A stretch of DNA of 63,703 nucleotides, counting the filler. It is 13 parts of 13 records of this genome, joined end to end, with 100 filler letters (N's around TTAATTAATTAA, not from the genome) between each part and the next. Parts side by side here need not be neighbours in the genome. Positions count along the whole stretch, not along the records: positions 41,507 to 44,304 come from SRR9188676_2354; positions 44,405 to 46,797 come from SRR9188676_2358; positions 46,898 to 50,475 come from SRR9188676_2361; positions 50,576 to 53,156 come from SRR9188676_2371; positions 53,257 to 55,261 come from SRR9188676_2373; 8 more parts are not named here. The stretch is one strand, 5' to 3'. The stretch's first letter is position 1; each line of letters begins with the position of its first letter. Both the position numbers and the translations under genes were made by a program. This document shows positions 41,790 through 55,261 of the stretch, piece by piece. The notes below the pieces were generated by a model. It made no database searches. It saw nothing but the letters and a program-made list of their open reading frames with translations, and was not told the origin of the DNA.

Positions 41790-43813
41790 TCATTTTACGG
41801 TTCCCGAAGGCCATACCTGTAGCCGCGACAGAGCGGTTTCCACTTCTGAAGCCCACACCTCCTGCTTTTTCTCTAAGGTGATGATGTTCTGGCTCTCCTG
41901 CTCTGCGATTTCCTGCTGCCGCGCGCTCAGAGTAATCATATTCATTTCCTGGTCCAGAAAGAAAAAATTCGACAAAATAATTGAGGAACCTAATGATAAA
42001 TTGCAAGAACGCGAACAAGATTGCTTGGGTGTCTCTCGGGGAGTATCGTCTCCGAAATGCATCAATTTGTATGGTTGGTTGTAGACCTTGGAGACCAGGA
42101 TGCGAGTGGCCGAATTCTCAATACTAACCGAATAACATGAGGAAGTTAGAAAGGTATGAGAAAAATAATGAGAATAAATCTGAGGGAATACGGTCGAGAA
42201 GAATAGCTCTGCGGAACATGATTTTTGTTTTATGGAGATTATGTGTACACAATGATCAATGGAGAGTGGGCTTCAAAAGGATCAAAGACCTAAAGAATGA
42301 ATGAAGTACGAATATCAGGGGTCAGCAGCAAGAAGCAAGATGCGATCAATGAAAACCAAACATCGTGTCCATGGATCTTGATGGAGAAGAGATCGAGAAC
42401 ATACTTCGGAGAGATCCTTGCGGGACTTGGCTGATAGTTCAGAGGTACGAATGTTATTCCGCCGCCTGGCATTAAACTCCTCGATGGCAATTTGAGTGCG
42501 ATGGATCTCTTCCTCTCGTTTCTGTGTATTGTTCGTATGAAATGCGAAAAAAGGAAGAAGGAAGCCAGAAAAAGGAAGGGGGGAGAGTAAGTAGGCGGAA
42601 TACAATCTCGGGTCGATACAAACTTACAGATGGGAAGAAAGGAAAATCGAAAGAATGATGACTCAGAATACAAATGATCACAAAGTACGATCAAAACAAG
42701 CAGGTAAAGAGGGTAGGTTCTCAGATAATAACATTTTGGGAATATGAGTCACATAAGAAGTAATGGCATTGATAAGAAAAGGAAGAACAAACCTGGCGTT
42801 CGAGACGGCTCTGATGATAGGCAAGTTTCTTGGTCTGGAAATCTCTAAGCTTCGAATCCTGTCAGAACAAGAAAACGGAACATCAGGCCACGCTTATCTA
42901 CAACATTTCATTCAACCGCCGTTGGTTTTATTCCAGATGCTTCTCAATATGGATGAATTCCAGCAGTTGTTTTCGCTAGTGTAAAATGGATTTTCGGATC
43001 TGAGCCAGGGGGGGTGCCTCAAGGGCTTCCGTTCGAAATAACTAAAATATTTCTTTCGCCAGAAAAGAATTGATGGAGATTGGACAATGGACAATGGTTA
43101 ACATCCAATGATCGGACCGAGGATAACAAAATATTCCAGAAAGCTTACCATGATTCCTTTCCGTCTTTCATCCCTTTCTCGACGGAATGCAACTCTCTGG
43201 GCATGCAGCTCAATGTCCTCTAGTTCTTGGCGCTCACGCTTCTTTTCAAATTCAATATCATTCTCGAGTTTCAAGCGTCTGATCTCTTGTGCGCGCTTTT
43301 CGGCTTCCTGTACTAGACGCTCTGCTTCTTCGCGTTTCCTCTATAGATGAGAATCCAATATTGAAAGAATGAGAAAGAAAGAATGGCCACAGAGGTAAGG
43401 GAGAAGAGGTCAAGATAGATGATCTCGCACGGATTCCGAAAAGGCAATCAAGAAAGAGGACAGCTAATACATACATTCAGATATTCTAGCCGGTTTGAGA
43501 CAACGTAAACTCCATTTTGGGCGAATTTCCGCTCTTGTTTCAAGGAGAATAATTCCGCGCCCTGATCGAGGTGAAAAACAAAAGCTCAAGATCAGATACC
43601 TGAGAGCATTTGATGAATTCTAATAAATACCACGGAAACCCTTGGGGATGAAATAAGACTTGTTCGAGCGCTCTGAATAGAGAGAGAACTTCCACTTGGA
43701 CGTAACCCGTCATGCGAACCCTGACTCGTTACGCGCGGAGAGTGTCCGGCTTCCTCTGGTCGTGATAACGCAGCGGTAGAGGTAGAGTGCTCTGCTGTCT
43801 CATCAGATGTCAT
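41790..43813 (-). CDS. Multi-exon coiled-coil protein of unknown function
   Basis: E/K/R/Q-rich exons (e.g. EAERLVQEAEKRAQEIRRLKLE; KREEEIHRTQIAIEEFNARRR) bounded by GT-AG sites. Ends approximate. Confidence 0.6.
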
Positions 43814-46800
43814 AGTGGAACAGCGCCAATTTCGCGGGTGGGAGATGAGTGTTGACGAAGTTGACTCTCCCTTGTTGAAGTTTCCCCTGATTCGTTAAAC
43901 GCAGGATTGATGCGACGCTTTTGTCCCGGCCTCTTTGATAGTAAGTGACTGTGAACCAGAACAACGGCCATGGGGTCTGATCTTCATTGTCTGTGTATGA
44001 ACTGGCTCCGCACTCTCGATCTATACAATATTGGTCGTCATTCGATTCTCAAGAGAGCTCCGCGATCCGGAGGCCATCTAGGAGAGATGAATCTCGCTCA
44101 TATGGAGACATTTTGGCTTGTATTCCCTAAATGCCCACCAGAATTGTTGCGCATGATGATGACTGTTCAGCTCCTTTTTTCCGCTTCTCTGTAACATTTC
44201 TTAGATACAACACGACATACTTCCTGGGATGAAGGAACATTATCTCAAATCATTTCTGTTCTTCTGCTCCGACAGCTCCGAGTTTCACAAAAAATGCAAA
44301 ACCTNNNNNNNNNNNNNNNNNNNNNNNNNNNNNNNNNNNNNNNNNNNNTTAATTAATTAANNNNNNNNNNNNNNNNNNNNNNNNNNNNNNNNNNNNNNNN
44401 NNNNTCGAATGTGTTATCATTATAGCGGCGTCTGTTGCACATGTACACTGCATCAGACAACGATAACACATTATATAATGGATAAGATATACCGATCTCA
44501 AAAGAGTCGGATGTATGTATGGACATAAGTTCAGGCCGGGCAAATATAATAATCGTAACAGGCTGAAAAAGAAAATATAATATAAAATATAGCTGCTGTT
44601 TACGGAAAATGTAGGTGTATGTGCTGATTCGGAGATAAGAAAGGGGGGTTCATACCAGGACTGATGATGTGCGTTTCTACCGGCTGATCGGAACGAGCTA
44701 GAAGCCGACATGGGGTTTGTTCCCAGGCTGCCAAACGGCATTGGGGCCACTATCTCTTCCGTAAACCCGTGCTCTTCTTGGGGTGGCTTCTGAAGTCTCT
44801 CCTGACGGCTCTTTTGGGCCTTTTCAGAATGTCAGGAAAACAGCAGAATAGAAAAAGAGAAGAATCAGACAAACAGAATAGAGAATAAGAGGAAGAAAGG
44901 AGAATCACAAAGGACGAAGAGCAGTGAGGGGATTTAGAGAGATGTCAGTAAGATCCATGCTTTGATTGTATTTTCACAGCATTCAGGGCGAGATTTTCAA
45001 ATAATATCGGAACATGATAGAGTGAGAGTAGACTCGACTCGAAAGCCAGATAACCCACATTGATAAACATCAAGCATTGAGTAAGGGTGATCCTATAGAA
45101 AAGTTGCGAGCTATGATTTCAGAAATTCAGCTCAGTCACGACTCATTTCTTTGTTTAAGTGTATTGTCTATCAGCATAGTAACACTGTTCTTTCATAACA
45201 GCTTCCTGAGAGGTTCAATGCCGACCGTGCTCTTACCAGATTATGATTATCCACATTCAATGTGGATTCTTGTGCCAATGCTGATTTATCAAGACCAACA
45301 AGAGAGGGGGGATATATCACTCCTGTGAAATAAGCCAAGTGACATGTTAATATCAGAATACGTTTGAAAAATGAATGGGAAAAACCTGGCCCATCAGGAG
45401 GTGCATCATCAGATTTAGGGGGGCCTCGTGGGGATGAGGATAGAGTAGTATCTCGATTGCCCGAAATATTATGTTGTACAATACGTGGCCTATGGAATGG
45501 AAAGTATCGCTGGTTTGGAGGAGGCTCTGTCTTGTTTGCTGCCACGAATCTTCGATCTGCTCGATGCATACTTTAATGATGATGTCCTCAAACAGGAAAC
45601 AAAAGATCATACGAGCTTCAATATTCTGTCGGTTTGCAAACTTCTTCAAGACTGAATTATTGGAGCAAACAGCGCCGAAGCGAGATAAGCTGCCGATTTC
45701 TATTCGATGCTCACATCGAGAAATAGAGTCTTGGACCGGCATTTGAGGTTGAATAAATGACAAATCTTATCCAAACATGCTTTCTCTCAAGATCTATCGA
45801 ATATTTATACAAGATTATCCAGGATCTATCAAGGAAATTGAGGGAAAGAATGTGTCTACAAAAATAGAAGGTGGCGAGAAAACTTTCTCCTGTCCAGAGA
45901 GGTTGTGAAATATTTTTACGAACCGATTGAGCGAGCTGACGAATTCGATGTATGCTTCGGCTTAATAATCAGAATCTCTTTGTTATATTTTCAATCCTTC
46001 TACTCTTAGCACTTTGTCCCATTATTTTGCTGAATTTCGACCAACCCGGAGGCCATTTTCTCGAGCTCGATCATCGACTCCCTCAGCCTGTCCTTGCCTG
46101 TAATTTTACCCAAGAATCCCCTCGATACGTTGCAGATAACCGTGGTACTTTGTTGAAGCCTCGTTTCCCTTTCCCATCTAAGCCGCGTTTTCCAGGATAC
46201 TTCTGCTCTCGACAAGATCTCACGCTGAGTCATGAAATCGGCTGCTGTCCGGCTACAGTTCAGGTTTTTTGTTCTTGAAACTTTCTTATATTACACTATT
46301 CAACTAATTATGAAATGACAGTCTCGGTTTACCTGCGCTTCATGTGATGAACGGCAATGCTGTCGCACATTAGAGGAATGTGTATCATGCTGTCAGTCTC
46401 CCTCTTATGTAGGACTTCCTGCCTTTTCAAAATTGCTTTCGTGACTAATATATATATTTATCTTTATTAGGCGCCTTTGAATCGACGTCTTCTCAGACAG
46501 CTCCAAAGCCGAGAAAATCTCCTTTTTATGGAAATTCCTATTGATGATTCCTATGCATATTGCTTGAATGCTTGCAGAACCAATTCAAAGGTGTGTATTT
46601 CCGTCAAAGACAACACCGTTCACATTCAGCCTCATATGTGGATTTCAAGAAACTTTCAGGAAGATCACTCGAGAGTTTGTCTATTATCGAGGTCACATCT
46701 TTTTATGGAAAGAAATGGGTTTGATAAACAGGGGAAGTGTCCTCTGTTCCTCCTGTCCTAACCTGATTATATTATATATATATATATATATTTATTTNNN

Positions 46801-48239
46801 NNNNNNNNNNNNNNNNNNNNNNNNNNNNNNNNNNNNNNNNNTTAATTAATTAANNNNNNNNNNNNNNNNNNNNNNNNNNNNNNNNNNNNNNNNNNNNCCC
46901 GGACACCCCGGACACCCCGGACACCCCCGGACATGTACCGTATTGTCATGACATAGCCTGGGCATCATCCGCACCCATCTTAAGTGATCGAATTGTACCC
47001 CATGGGTCATATTTCGATCACATTTGTGGTGGTGTATGAGACATAGTTGTGGAAAACAACCATATCGAATATTGATTGTCACAGGCTTCAGAACTCTCGG
47101 ACCATACAGCGTCACATTCCGTTGTCAGATTACTCGGCCACATCTCGCAATCTTTCCACCATGAAATATAGTGCTAAAGCTGCTCGAAGGGTTTGCATAT
47201 ATTTCGCGATGTGGTCGCATTTCTTCGGCAATAATGCTGCAAATATGTGAGAATAGTCGCGTCATGTACCATTTTGATCACGATTTCGTCGGTGGTTAAT
47301 TTGGAAAAGAACGAAAAATAGAATACGTCCCTACCCGAATACACCCTCAAATAGTCAATGAAGGGGGAAGTGAGGAACGAAATCGTCATATTCATGAAGC
47401 ATACTTATATATATATATATATTTTTATCACCCTAATCAATATTATTTATAGCGTCTGGGCGTCGCTATCGTCACGGGGTGTGGTTGACGGGGTACCAGG
47501 CAAGATGTCTGATGGAGGGTGAGGCGACGAAGGCTATGAATACGATAGAGCTAGGAGAGAGGAAATGGGGTGTGTGGTGAGGGAGGGAGGGAGTGTGTGT
47601 TTATATTCAGTAAGTGAATAAATTTCTTATCCTCCTCAGTTCATTCTCTAAATAATCATTCATTACTTCATACATTCAGAAATTCCAAACGCCACAAAAA
47701 TGGACAGAATATCCAGTGTTTCGGAAATAATATAATAAAACACAACAACTAAAGCTACAAATAAAGCAAGGTCCAGCAGCCCAGTATTCCATCACGTACT
47801 TGTGACGAGCAGCAGGCGGTCCAGGTCATTCAGGGACGGGGAGGGCGACGGCTGCGAGGTGCCCCCGCTAGAGCGCCTGATGTTCAGCACCTCCATGCCA
47901 CCAACCTAAGGTCATGAACACATCGCCACGGCACAAGGACAACAAGAAAAGAAATTGAATGGTGGTGAGATATAGAACTGGAAAGGTGTAAGGTGCACGG
48001 CATCGGGGGTCGAAAGGAGAGTGAGAGGGTCGGATAGGGATAAGATCTCAGGAGTGCAGCTCTCCACTGTGTTGCAACAATTATTACTTGGGACGTCAGG
48101 TCAGGAAAAAAATCTCGAAATCATTCTTATCCGTCACATTGATCCGCCATCCATCGGAACAAACGCGTTATCCACTAGGAAGATGGAGGATGGTGTGTTG
48201 TGGTCGGGGTGGTCGGGGAGGGACACACGTACAGTAACG

Positions 48240-49515
48240 TGATCAGGGTCAGGCAAACATGTGTGATCCATATCGTGTTCCAGGGCGATTCTCCGTTTCT
48301 TTGCAGCAGTATAGTTATGTTCCGTGCGGGCGCGCTTCCGCTTCTGCTTCTGCACTGCCACGATGCGGTCCTTCAGCGCCCTGACCGCCTCCATCCGCCG
48401 CTTGCGCTCGATCTCCAACATTCTGTGATTGTTGCCGATGGTAGAGCTCTCTTCCTTTTGCACGGCACACTCACGCTGGGGCGAAAGAAACATAACCAGT
48501 GTGCATCAAAATAAATCGAAATCTAGAAATAAAATATTCGCAATCTATCGCCATAATATCAGAACCAGGGAAATAAACGGGTCGGATATCAAGATCTTAA
48601 CAGGATCATGAGATATAAATACCGGAGCGGGAATTAAGAAAAAAATGATTTTGTGGGAAATATAAACTATGTGAATCTTCTTAAATCAAAGCACAGCTTT
48701 ATGTAAATGTGAAAAAAGGCGACGAAATAACATCATGTGCGGGCATTCGCCTGATCACTCCAATGGGCGAGCTCTAAGTATAGTTTATCAACATCAAGGA
48801 GGCCAAACCGTATTCTCAGCGAGTATTCATTCGGGGGAAAAAGTAGGAATAGTGTTTCCCGAAGATGAATTGTCGACCATTCATAGATCAAAAAGTAGGA
48901 CAGGATCCGACGACAAGGAGGAGGAGCCAAGAGTGAGAAATGCGCTCTTACCTTTGCATCTTCAATGGATTGTTTGAGCCAGGAGTTGGCAAGTGTCAGC
49001 GGGATGACTTTCTCTTCCTCTTCCAGATCTGAGAGTACTTCTAATGGATCTAGTGTTGGATTTTCCTTGAGCTTTTCAATGAGTTCATATCCACGATATA
49101 AGAGATATCTTTTTCGAGCAAAGACTAGCTCCTCTCGGCGAGGCTCATGCTCCGCTTGGAGACGATGGACTTCTGCCCGGATCTTCTCCAGATCTTCTTC
49201 CTTTGCGTTATGTCGAGCCACTGTTTTTGTCATTTCAGAGGAAAGAGTTGAGACGTCATTGCGTAGCTTTTCTACTTCGCTCATCTTCGCATCGATCAAG
49301 ACTTGTATGTCCTCAATTTGATGCTCACGACATGTATGCAGTTTGATCTGGATAATGTCAGCCATAGAGACAGTCGCTCGACAAAAGGGGCATTTGTTGC
49401 GATGCTCGACACATTGGAGCGCACAGGCATAATGCAGTGCATGTCCACATCGGAACACACCGATGTTGGATGATAGAGGCTCTGCACAAATGGCACAAGA
49501 CATATCGACCTCCAT
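48240..49515 (-). CDS. RING-H2 plus coiled-coil E3 ligase (TRAIP-like architecture), multi-exon, 3' end uncertain
   Basis: CAIC...CGH.LH..C......CPFCR followed by a coiled coil. An in-phase intron at 48951-48476 joins a second coiled-coil exon. Confidence 0.75.
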
Positions 49516-50654
49516 GTTGAAGATATGCTAGCTAAAATAGCTCAAGAAATGCTATGTTGAAGAAAATCTTGTCATCTTTTCGTTTCAATTTTGTGTTGTG
49601 CAAAATGGCGGGAAAGTTGTCAGGGGAAAGTAAACAGACGTTGGATTTACTTACTCAACAAGTTCAAAAACAAAAATCGTTCTTTCTTAAAAATTCTGAT
49701 CTTTTGCCTCTAAAAGAGGCAATTAGAGCCATCCGGGCTGGTCTATTACTTTTGCTCTGATAGGTCCGCTGAGTTGTTCTTTTGGTACTGAAAAATGCGC
49801 CGGGGCTATAATCCAGAACGATATGAATCTGGTCCTCCGGAAGAGGTCACAGAAGGTTTCCGATTGTTTATATCCATGACCTTGCCTCAATTCTTTTGCA
49901 GAACATTATGATGATGGCCGATCCTACCATCATGACAATTACTCCCGAACTCGCGATGAAGAAAAACCCCTCATGCACATGTACACTGAAACATACTCAA
50001 AAACAGTTAGGTTTATCCATGTTTAATGAATCATACAGCTCACTTTTAGCTGTCAGGTACGGTCAGGACGACAAAAGGAGTCTCCGAACCCCGTTTCATC
50101 CCGAAATCCATCCATGAGCAGGACAACAGGTACGCCCCTTATCAGGTTTTGCTATCCTTTGGATTGCTGCTGCGATCTTGAAAGTACTTTCTGTCCTCTT
50201 TTGTTTTGACTTATATTTTCGTTTGAGAACGTCCGATAAGGGAGACCAGGATACGACGAGAGAAAACTTGCTGACCGCATCCGATCATACATTGATCATT
50301 GCATATTTCTAGTCTCAATACTCCTCTTGATGCGAGCATGTACAACCCTCGAGATTGGGACTCATAATGCAATCAGTTGTGCCTCTTTCTTTTCCTGTTC
50401 ATTCATCCCTCGCCCCTCAATGCGCTCGTCCTTAGTTGCTGCATTTACGGTCAACCCTCGCGAAGTGCACAGGGTNNNNNNNNNNNNNNNNNNNNNNNNN
50501 NNNNNNNNNNNNNNNNNNNTTAATTAATTAANNNNNNNNNNNNNNNNNNNNNNNNNNNNNNNNNNNNNNNNNNNNTGCAGCTCTAATTGCATCAATACGG
50601 TACTCCTTATACTCACTTATACTTTGCCTGATTCGGAATCTGTATATGAGATGT

Positions 50655-51875
50655 TTATTTTCGTTCAAAATCCCAGCCAGGGAGAGGAGGTAATTGGAAG
50701 GGTAAATCGTCATTAATGTATCCAGATCCAATGTAAGTGTATCCCCAATGGGGTGTTCCGGCAAGATGGTACACACAGGAACCAGGGAAAAGTAAATTTT
50801 GAAGTGAGATCAGAGAAGGACCGCCTCGAGACTTCATGCTCCAGCATCCAATGGGTAGATCATCCTTAATCGATGTCAGAAACTGGAGTTCAGAAACAAA
50901 TACAGCAGATGATGAGAAAACATGTTGAAAAATCATATTTGGACAAGATACTTGAGAGAAAATAATGAAGATAAATGAAGATGAACTAGTATTACAACGG
51001 TCGATTCAGTAGTTGTGAGGGGGGGTGAAAATGTTGAGAAAAAGGTGACAAAGGGAGATATAAAAAAGCCCACCTGATCTTCATTCGCTTCAACGAGAGC
51101 AAGAGATGGATCCTTTCGGAAATGCAAGAACGATTCCATGTGATCGCATTCTCCGTTTCGAAGCCCAGTGAAGGCTGGATTGTCAATGATCGTTCCCTCA
51201 GGGGTCTTAATAAGCGCATTTTTGGGGATAACGCTGATTGAATAGTGGATCGCACTGATCACAAGTGCTAGTCTCTCAATTTCTGGAGGGAGGGGGAGTT
51301 AGTAATCACGAGTCAGTCTTATCAAGAGTAGTGTATATTACCCTTGTATTGGAATGTAAGAACCTCTGGCTCCTCATCTTCAGTCGCTCCGGGCTTCTAT
51401 CGGGGGGGAAAAAGCGATGAGAAGGGGAATTCGGTTGATGACAAATGTGATCAGGGATACCTGCTCTTTGACTTCATACTCTTTTTGTGGATCTCCTTGG
51501 AAGGGTACTCGAATGGATGATAATCTCAGATTAATTAGAGGATCGGCAATAAGTGGAAGGATTTCCCAGGTTGATCCATTCGTACTAAAGTAGAATGTCG
51601 GGATGAAGTCATATGGAAGACGGTATTGTACAGCAATGTAGTAGTCTCCTTCCAATCCAACAATTTTTCCCCAGAACTGTATCATAAAAAAGAAAGCCAT
51701 CAAAATCAAGGAAATTGAAGCTGACGATCAAGTATACCTTAATAAGGTCCATGTTCTTTTCCTTTCGAAGAAGTTGAAGAGAAATAATGATAGAAGACTT
51801 CTCAATTTGAGTGAGGTTAGCACCAATGATTGGGCTAACATGAATAAGGCCTTGGCAAAGCTGTTCTGGGTCCAT
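50655..51875 (-). CDS. RSPH9: Radial spoke head protein 9 (5 exons)
   Basis: FWGKIVGLEGDYYIA, EIERLALVISAI..VIPKNAL.K....N.AF.GL, DLP.GCWS, LLFPG, YIGSG..N.DLPF. Intron 1 spans 51737-51677. Confidence 0.9.
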
Positions 51876-53734
51876 TTGATATATCGCTAAAAAAAAAGTC
51901 CTGCGTAACGGAAAGTCAAGGATAAGTTCAAACCCAGATCCTAGATCCAGATCCTAGATCCAGATCTAAATCTGCCACGTCACGGTCGTTTTCGATGATA
52001 TCTTAGCAGCCACGACGGGGAATATTCCCACCATCAGTGATCATTTAGTTTTCCATTTGGCTCTGACTGTCTCTCTTTCGAATCTCTACAAGTGTTCGTT
52101 TGAAATGTATTTGGACCGGTAAAGCAGATCCATGAGATCTCCCCATAACTTTTTTCTACTCCATCATTTTCGGATATTTCATTGACGCTGAGTTTCAATC
52201 TTATAGCCCAGAAGAGGCGCTGTATTGCGTGTGTCTTTCTTGAACTTCATCCCGAATATCTCCGATGGGCTCGCTGTGAATTCCTTTCGAAGGAAAAAAT
52301 GCCTCATTTTTTTTTTTGTGACCTCGTATGACCTCGTAAGTTACTCAAGCGAAGGCCAGATGCTCGGACAGTCCGTCATTTTAAGATCATCATTACAGGC
52401 TCGCCGAGTATTTCATTCCTATTCTTTTTCTCAATGTCCAAGCATCAATACATGTTCAAGAGAAGCCGATTTTCTCAGGAAGTGATCACCTGATAATCTT
52501 GATGCCGCTGCGATGTTCGATTTTTTGTTGTGAAATAGAGCGGTCTTAAAAGTTTCACATTTCAGTCATTTCTGGAGGCAACCAAGCAATATTGCTTGGA
52601 TTTTTAGCAGTGCGATATCAAGATGGTTTTGATAAGAATCATATTCACACATGCTTATTCACATTCTATCATTTCCAGTCACGCAAAACGATGTTGTTTT
52701 TGAACAATGATATTTATTTAATGATTGAGGAAGCTGATGAGCTTATTATTTATTAATGTGCATTGTGTTATTCGTGTCTATATTGGACAGCACGGAGATT
52801 TGCTGTCGAACATTTGATGTCAGTTTTACTAGAACACGCACATTTTTGAATCTACTCTGTTCTCTCTTTGCGTATCGTCAGATCGATGAGCACAATCCTG
52901 CCGCATATGTGCTCTCAAGAACATTCCCTTCGACAGATCGCTTACCGAGTTTATTCCTATTCAGGTGAGTTGCACGAACTTCTGAATTTTCGTCTTTCTA
53001 CTTTTTGTTTGGGCGGCTGAGAATATTCTTGAAGAACCCTTGGATTGATATTTTTTCCCTCTGGAATCATATAGCTGGACAGTGCGTCACGATCAATAAT
53101 AATAATAATAATGAATGAAAGGATGATTATTCGTTTCCCCAATAAGCTTAATAGCANNNNNNNNNNNNNNNNNNNNNNNNNNNNNNNNNNNNNNNNNNNN
53201 TTAATTAATTAANNNNNNNNNNNNNNNNNNNNNNNNNNNNNNNNNNNNNNNNNNNNGGAGAGAGAGAGAGGGAGGGAGGGGGAGAGTGTGTGTGAGAGAG
53301 GGAGAGAGGAAAAGAGACAGCAAAGAGCCAAGAAGAAAACAAGATATTTTATCAGGAACCCTATTTCCATGAGGTGTTGAACATTCCTTCTCAACTCTCA
53401 TCCAGAGACTTGACATCTATATCTACACACTATTTACAGGTGCGAGTAAATGAGACAGAAACTGCGGAAATGAGATTGGAATATTTATCTCCAATCATTC
53501 TCGAGTTCCCGATCGTATTTTTAGGATCTCTCATTAGGGATCGGGGTTTTTCTTTGAATGTAAGTGGCTGCATCCACTCTACCCGTTTCTATTATTGCTG
53601 ACATTCGCTTCACACAGACTCTATGACTCCAGCTTTGAATATGATTTCTGATGCCTTCATCTCGATTCGTTTGATGAAGGGGTGGAAAGTCAAAACGTAC
53701 TTCATTCGATGTATAATTAAACTTTCATAGATGA

Positions 53735-54712
53735 TTGCTGATGATGGGATCAGAAGAGAAGAGTATCGAGAATAGAGAGATGTATCAAGAAACGCGTACT
53801 TTAGACCCTTCTCGATCCACTTCTCGGCTTCGTCAAACTTGAGCAGAATCTTTTTGGTCTCTGCCAAGTCACGCATGATATCGGGGTTATTAGGCGCTGC
53901 CGCAATAGCCTTCTCAAACCACGGTTCGGCCTCAATGAATCTGGAGGGGGAATGAGATCAGCCCTTCGCTCCATCTGAAAAATGAGCTGATTAGACCTAC
54001 CTGTCCTTGTTGGCCAAAATGAAGCCCATCTGTGCTAAGAGAACAGATGACTTAGGCTGGAGCTTAATTCCTGCTTCCAGAAGTCGGAGAGCATCTGCGG
54101 GCATTGAGAGGATAAGTCCCTGAAGGACAACATTTCAAGTTATTATTTTCGTACCGTCGGTTCTATCGAGATTCATCAATATCACGGCAAGATCCTTCCG
54201 AATCTTATCATTATTCGGCTCCAATGCGATTGCCTTCTGGAACTCCTCAACCGCTTCATCATAGCGTTGCAGATCGGAGAAGAGAATGATGGCCAAATTT
54301 GTATGAAATTCGGCAACAGGTCTAATAGAAAACGATCATTAGGAAATTGAGATGATGTCGACAAAAACAAAACTGACTCACTTCAGCTCTGCGGCCTTTT
54401 TCAATAAACGAACCGCTTCATTCTTGTCACCTATTGCGTTCTTGATGAGACCTAAAAGCTGGGTAGCTTCGGCGTTACTCGGAACAGCTTTTAAGATGAT
54501 ATTTACATTCCTCTCGGCTTCGCCAAAATTCCCACGACCATACGCATTCAATGCTGCAAGATTAAGAGTGAGCATTCTACGGTCGAAAGTTGTCCGCAAT
54601 GAATCAATAACTCACCATCTTGATAGATCTCGAACCCAGTCTTGGCATGGACAAGGTCATTTGATAGGAAAAGAACGAGGAGAACGAATAACAATTGAAA
54701 TGTCCCTCGCAT
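53735..54712 (-). CDS. Signal-peptide TPR-repeat protein, multi-exon, 3' end uncertain
   Basis: Signal MRGTFQLLFVLLVLFLSNDLVHA. TPRs such as YDEAVEEFQKAIALEPNN and FIEAEPWFEKAIAAAPNN. Confidence 0.75.
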
Positions 54713-55071
54713 TTCTCTCGAATTGTTGCGGATCACAGCAATCAATCAGGAGAAAGTTCAAAAGCTTGAACTGTCCCTTGTCAACAACAGAAATCGAATG
54801 AAGAGAAGCGAGAAACGTCTCTCTTGAGGTTGATAGGAAGTCAGACGTCTGAAGGAACAATGGTTAATGAATTAATTCTCCTTCATCCTGTGTTATGAAT
54901 TGTGAACGTTGATGCGACCTCTCGCGGCCGAATGTGATGTGATTTGAAAATTGTTCGAATGGAAAATTCCAGAACCTCTCGAGTAATTCTCACTCGAACA
55001 ACGACCGTTTTGTTGTTTTCTTTCTGCATTCGGTCGTCGTTTTAGCCTCCTCTTGAAGGGATTTCAACACC

Positions 55072-55261
55072 ATGACGGAGGATCCTATTTCTGAGGTTGA
55101 GTCTACCTACTATTCGATGTCAGAACATCTGACAGAGCACGCCTCGGAACACGAAGAAGAGCATCATAGCGGCCATTCGACCGTTCAGCTGCCTATTCTG
55201 TTCTTGTGCATCACTCTTGGTGTGGGTATCATCACGCGCCAGATTCTTGCGCATTACGGCA
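55072..55261 (+). CDS. Possible N-terminus of a SOS1/SLC9C-type Na+/H+ exchanger (partial)
   Basis: His/Glu-rich N-terminus, then TM segment PILFLCITLGVGIITRQIL. Cut by the contig end. Confidence 0.45.

Noticed and set aside
44405-46797. IQ-motif-like fragments on the minus strand
   Set aside because: Only weak IQ-like strings in different frames with stops. No gene model could be supported.
46898-46933. (CCCCGGACA)n as a telomere
   Set aside because: Only about 3-4 imperfect units at a contig edge, so most likely a minisatellite that broke the assembly.
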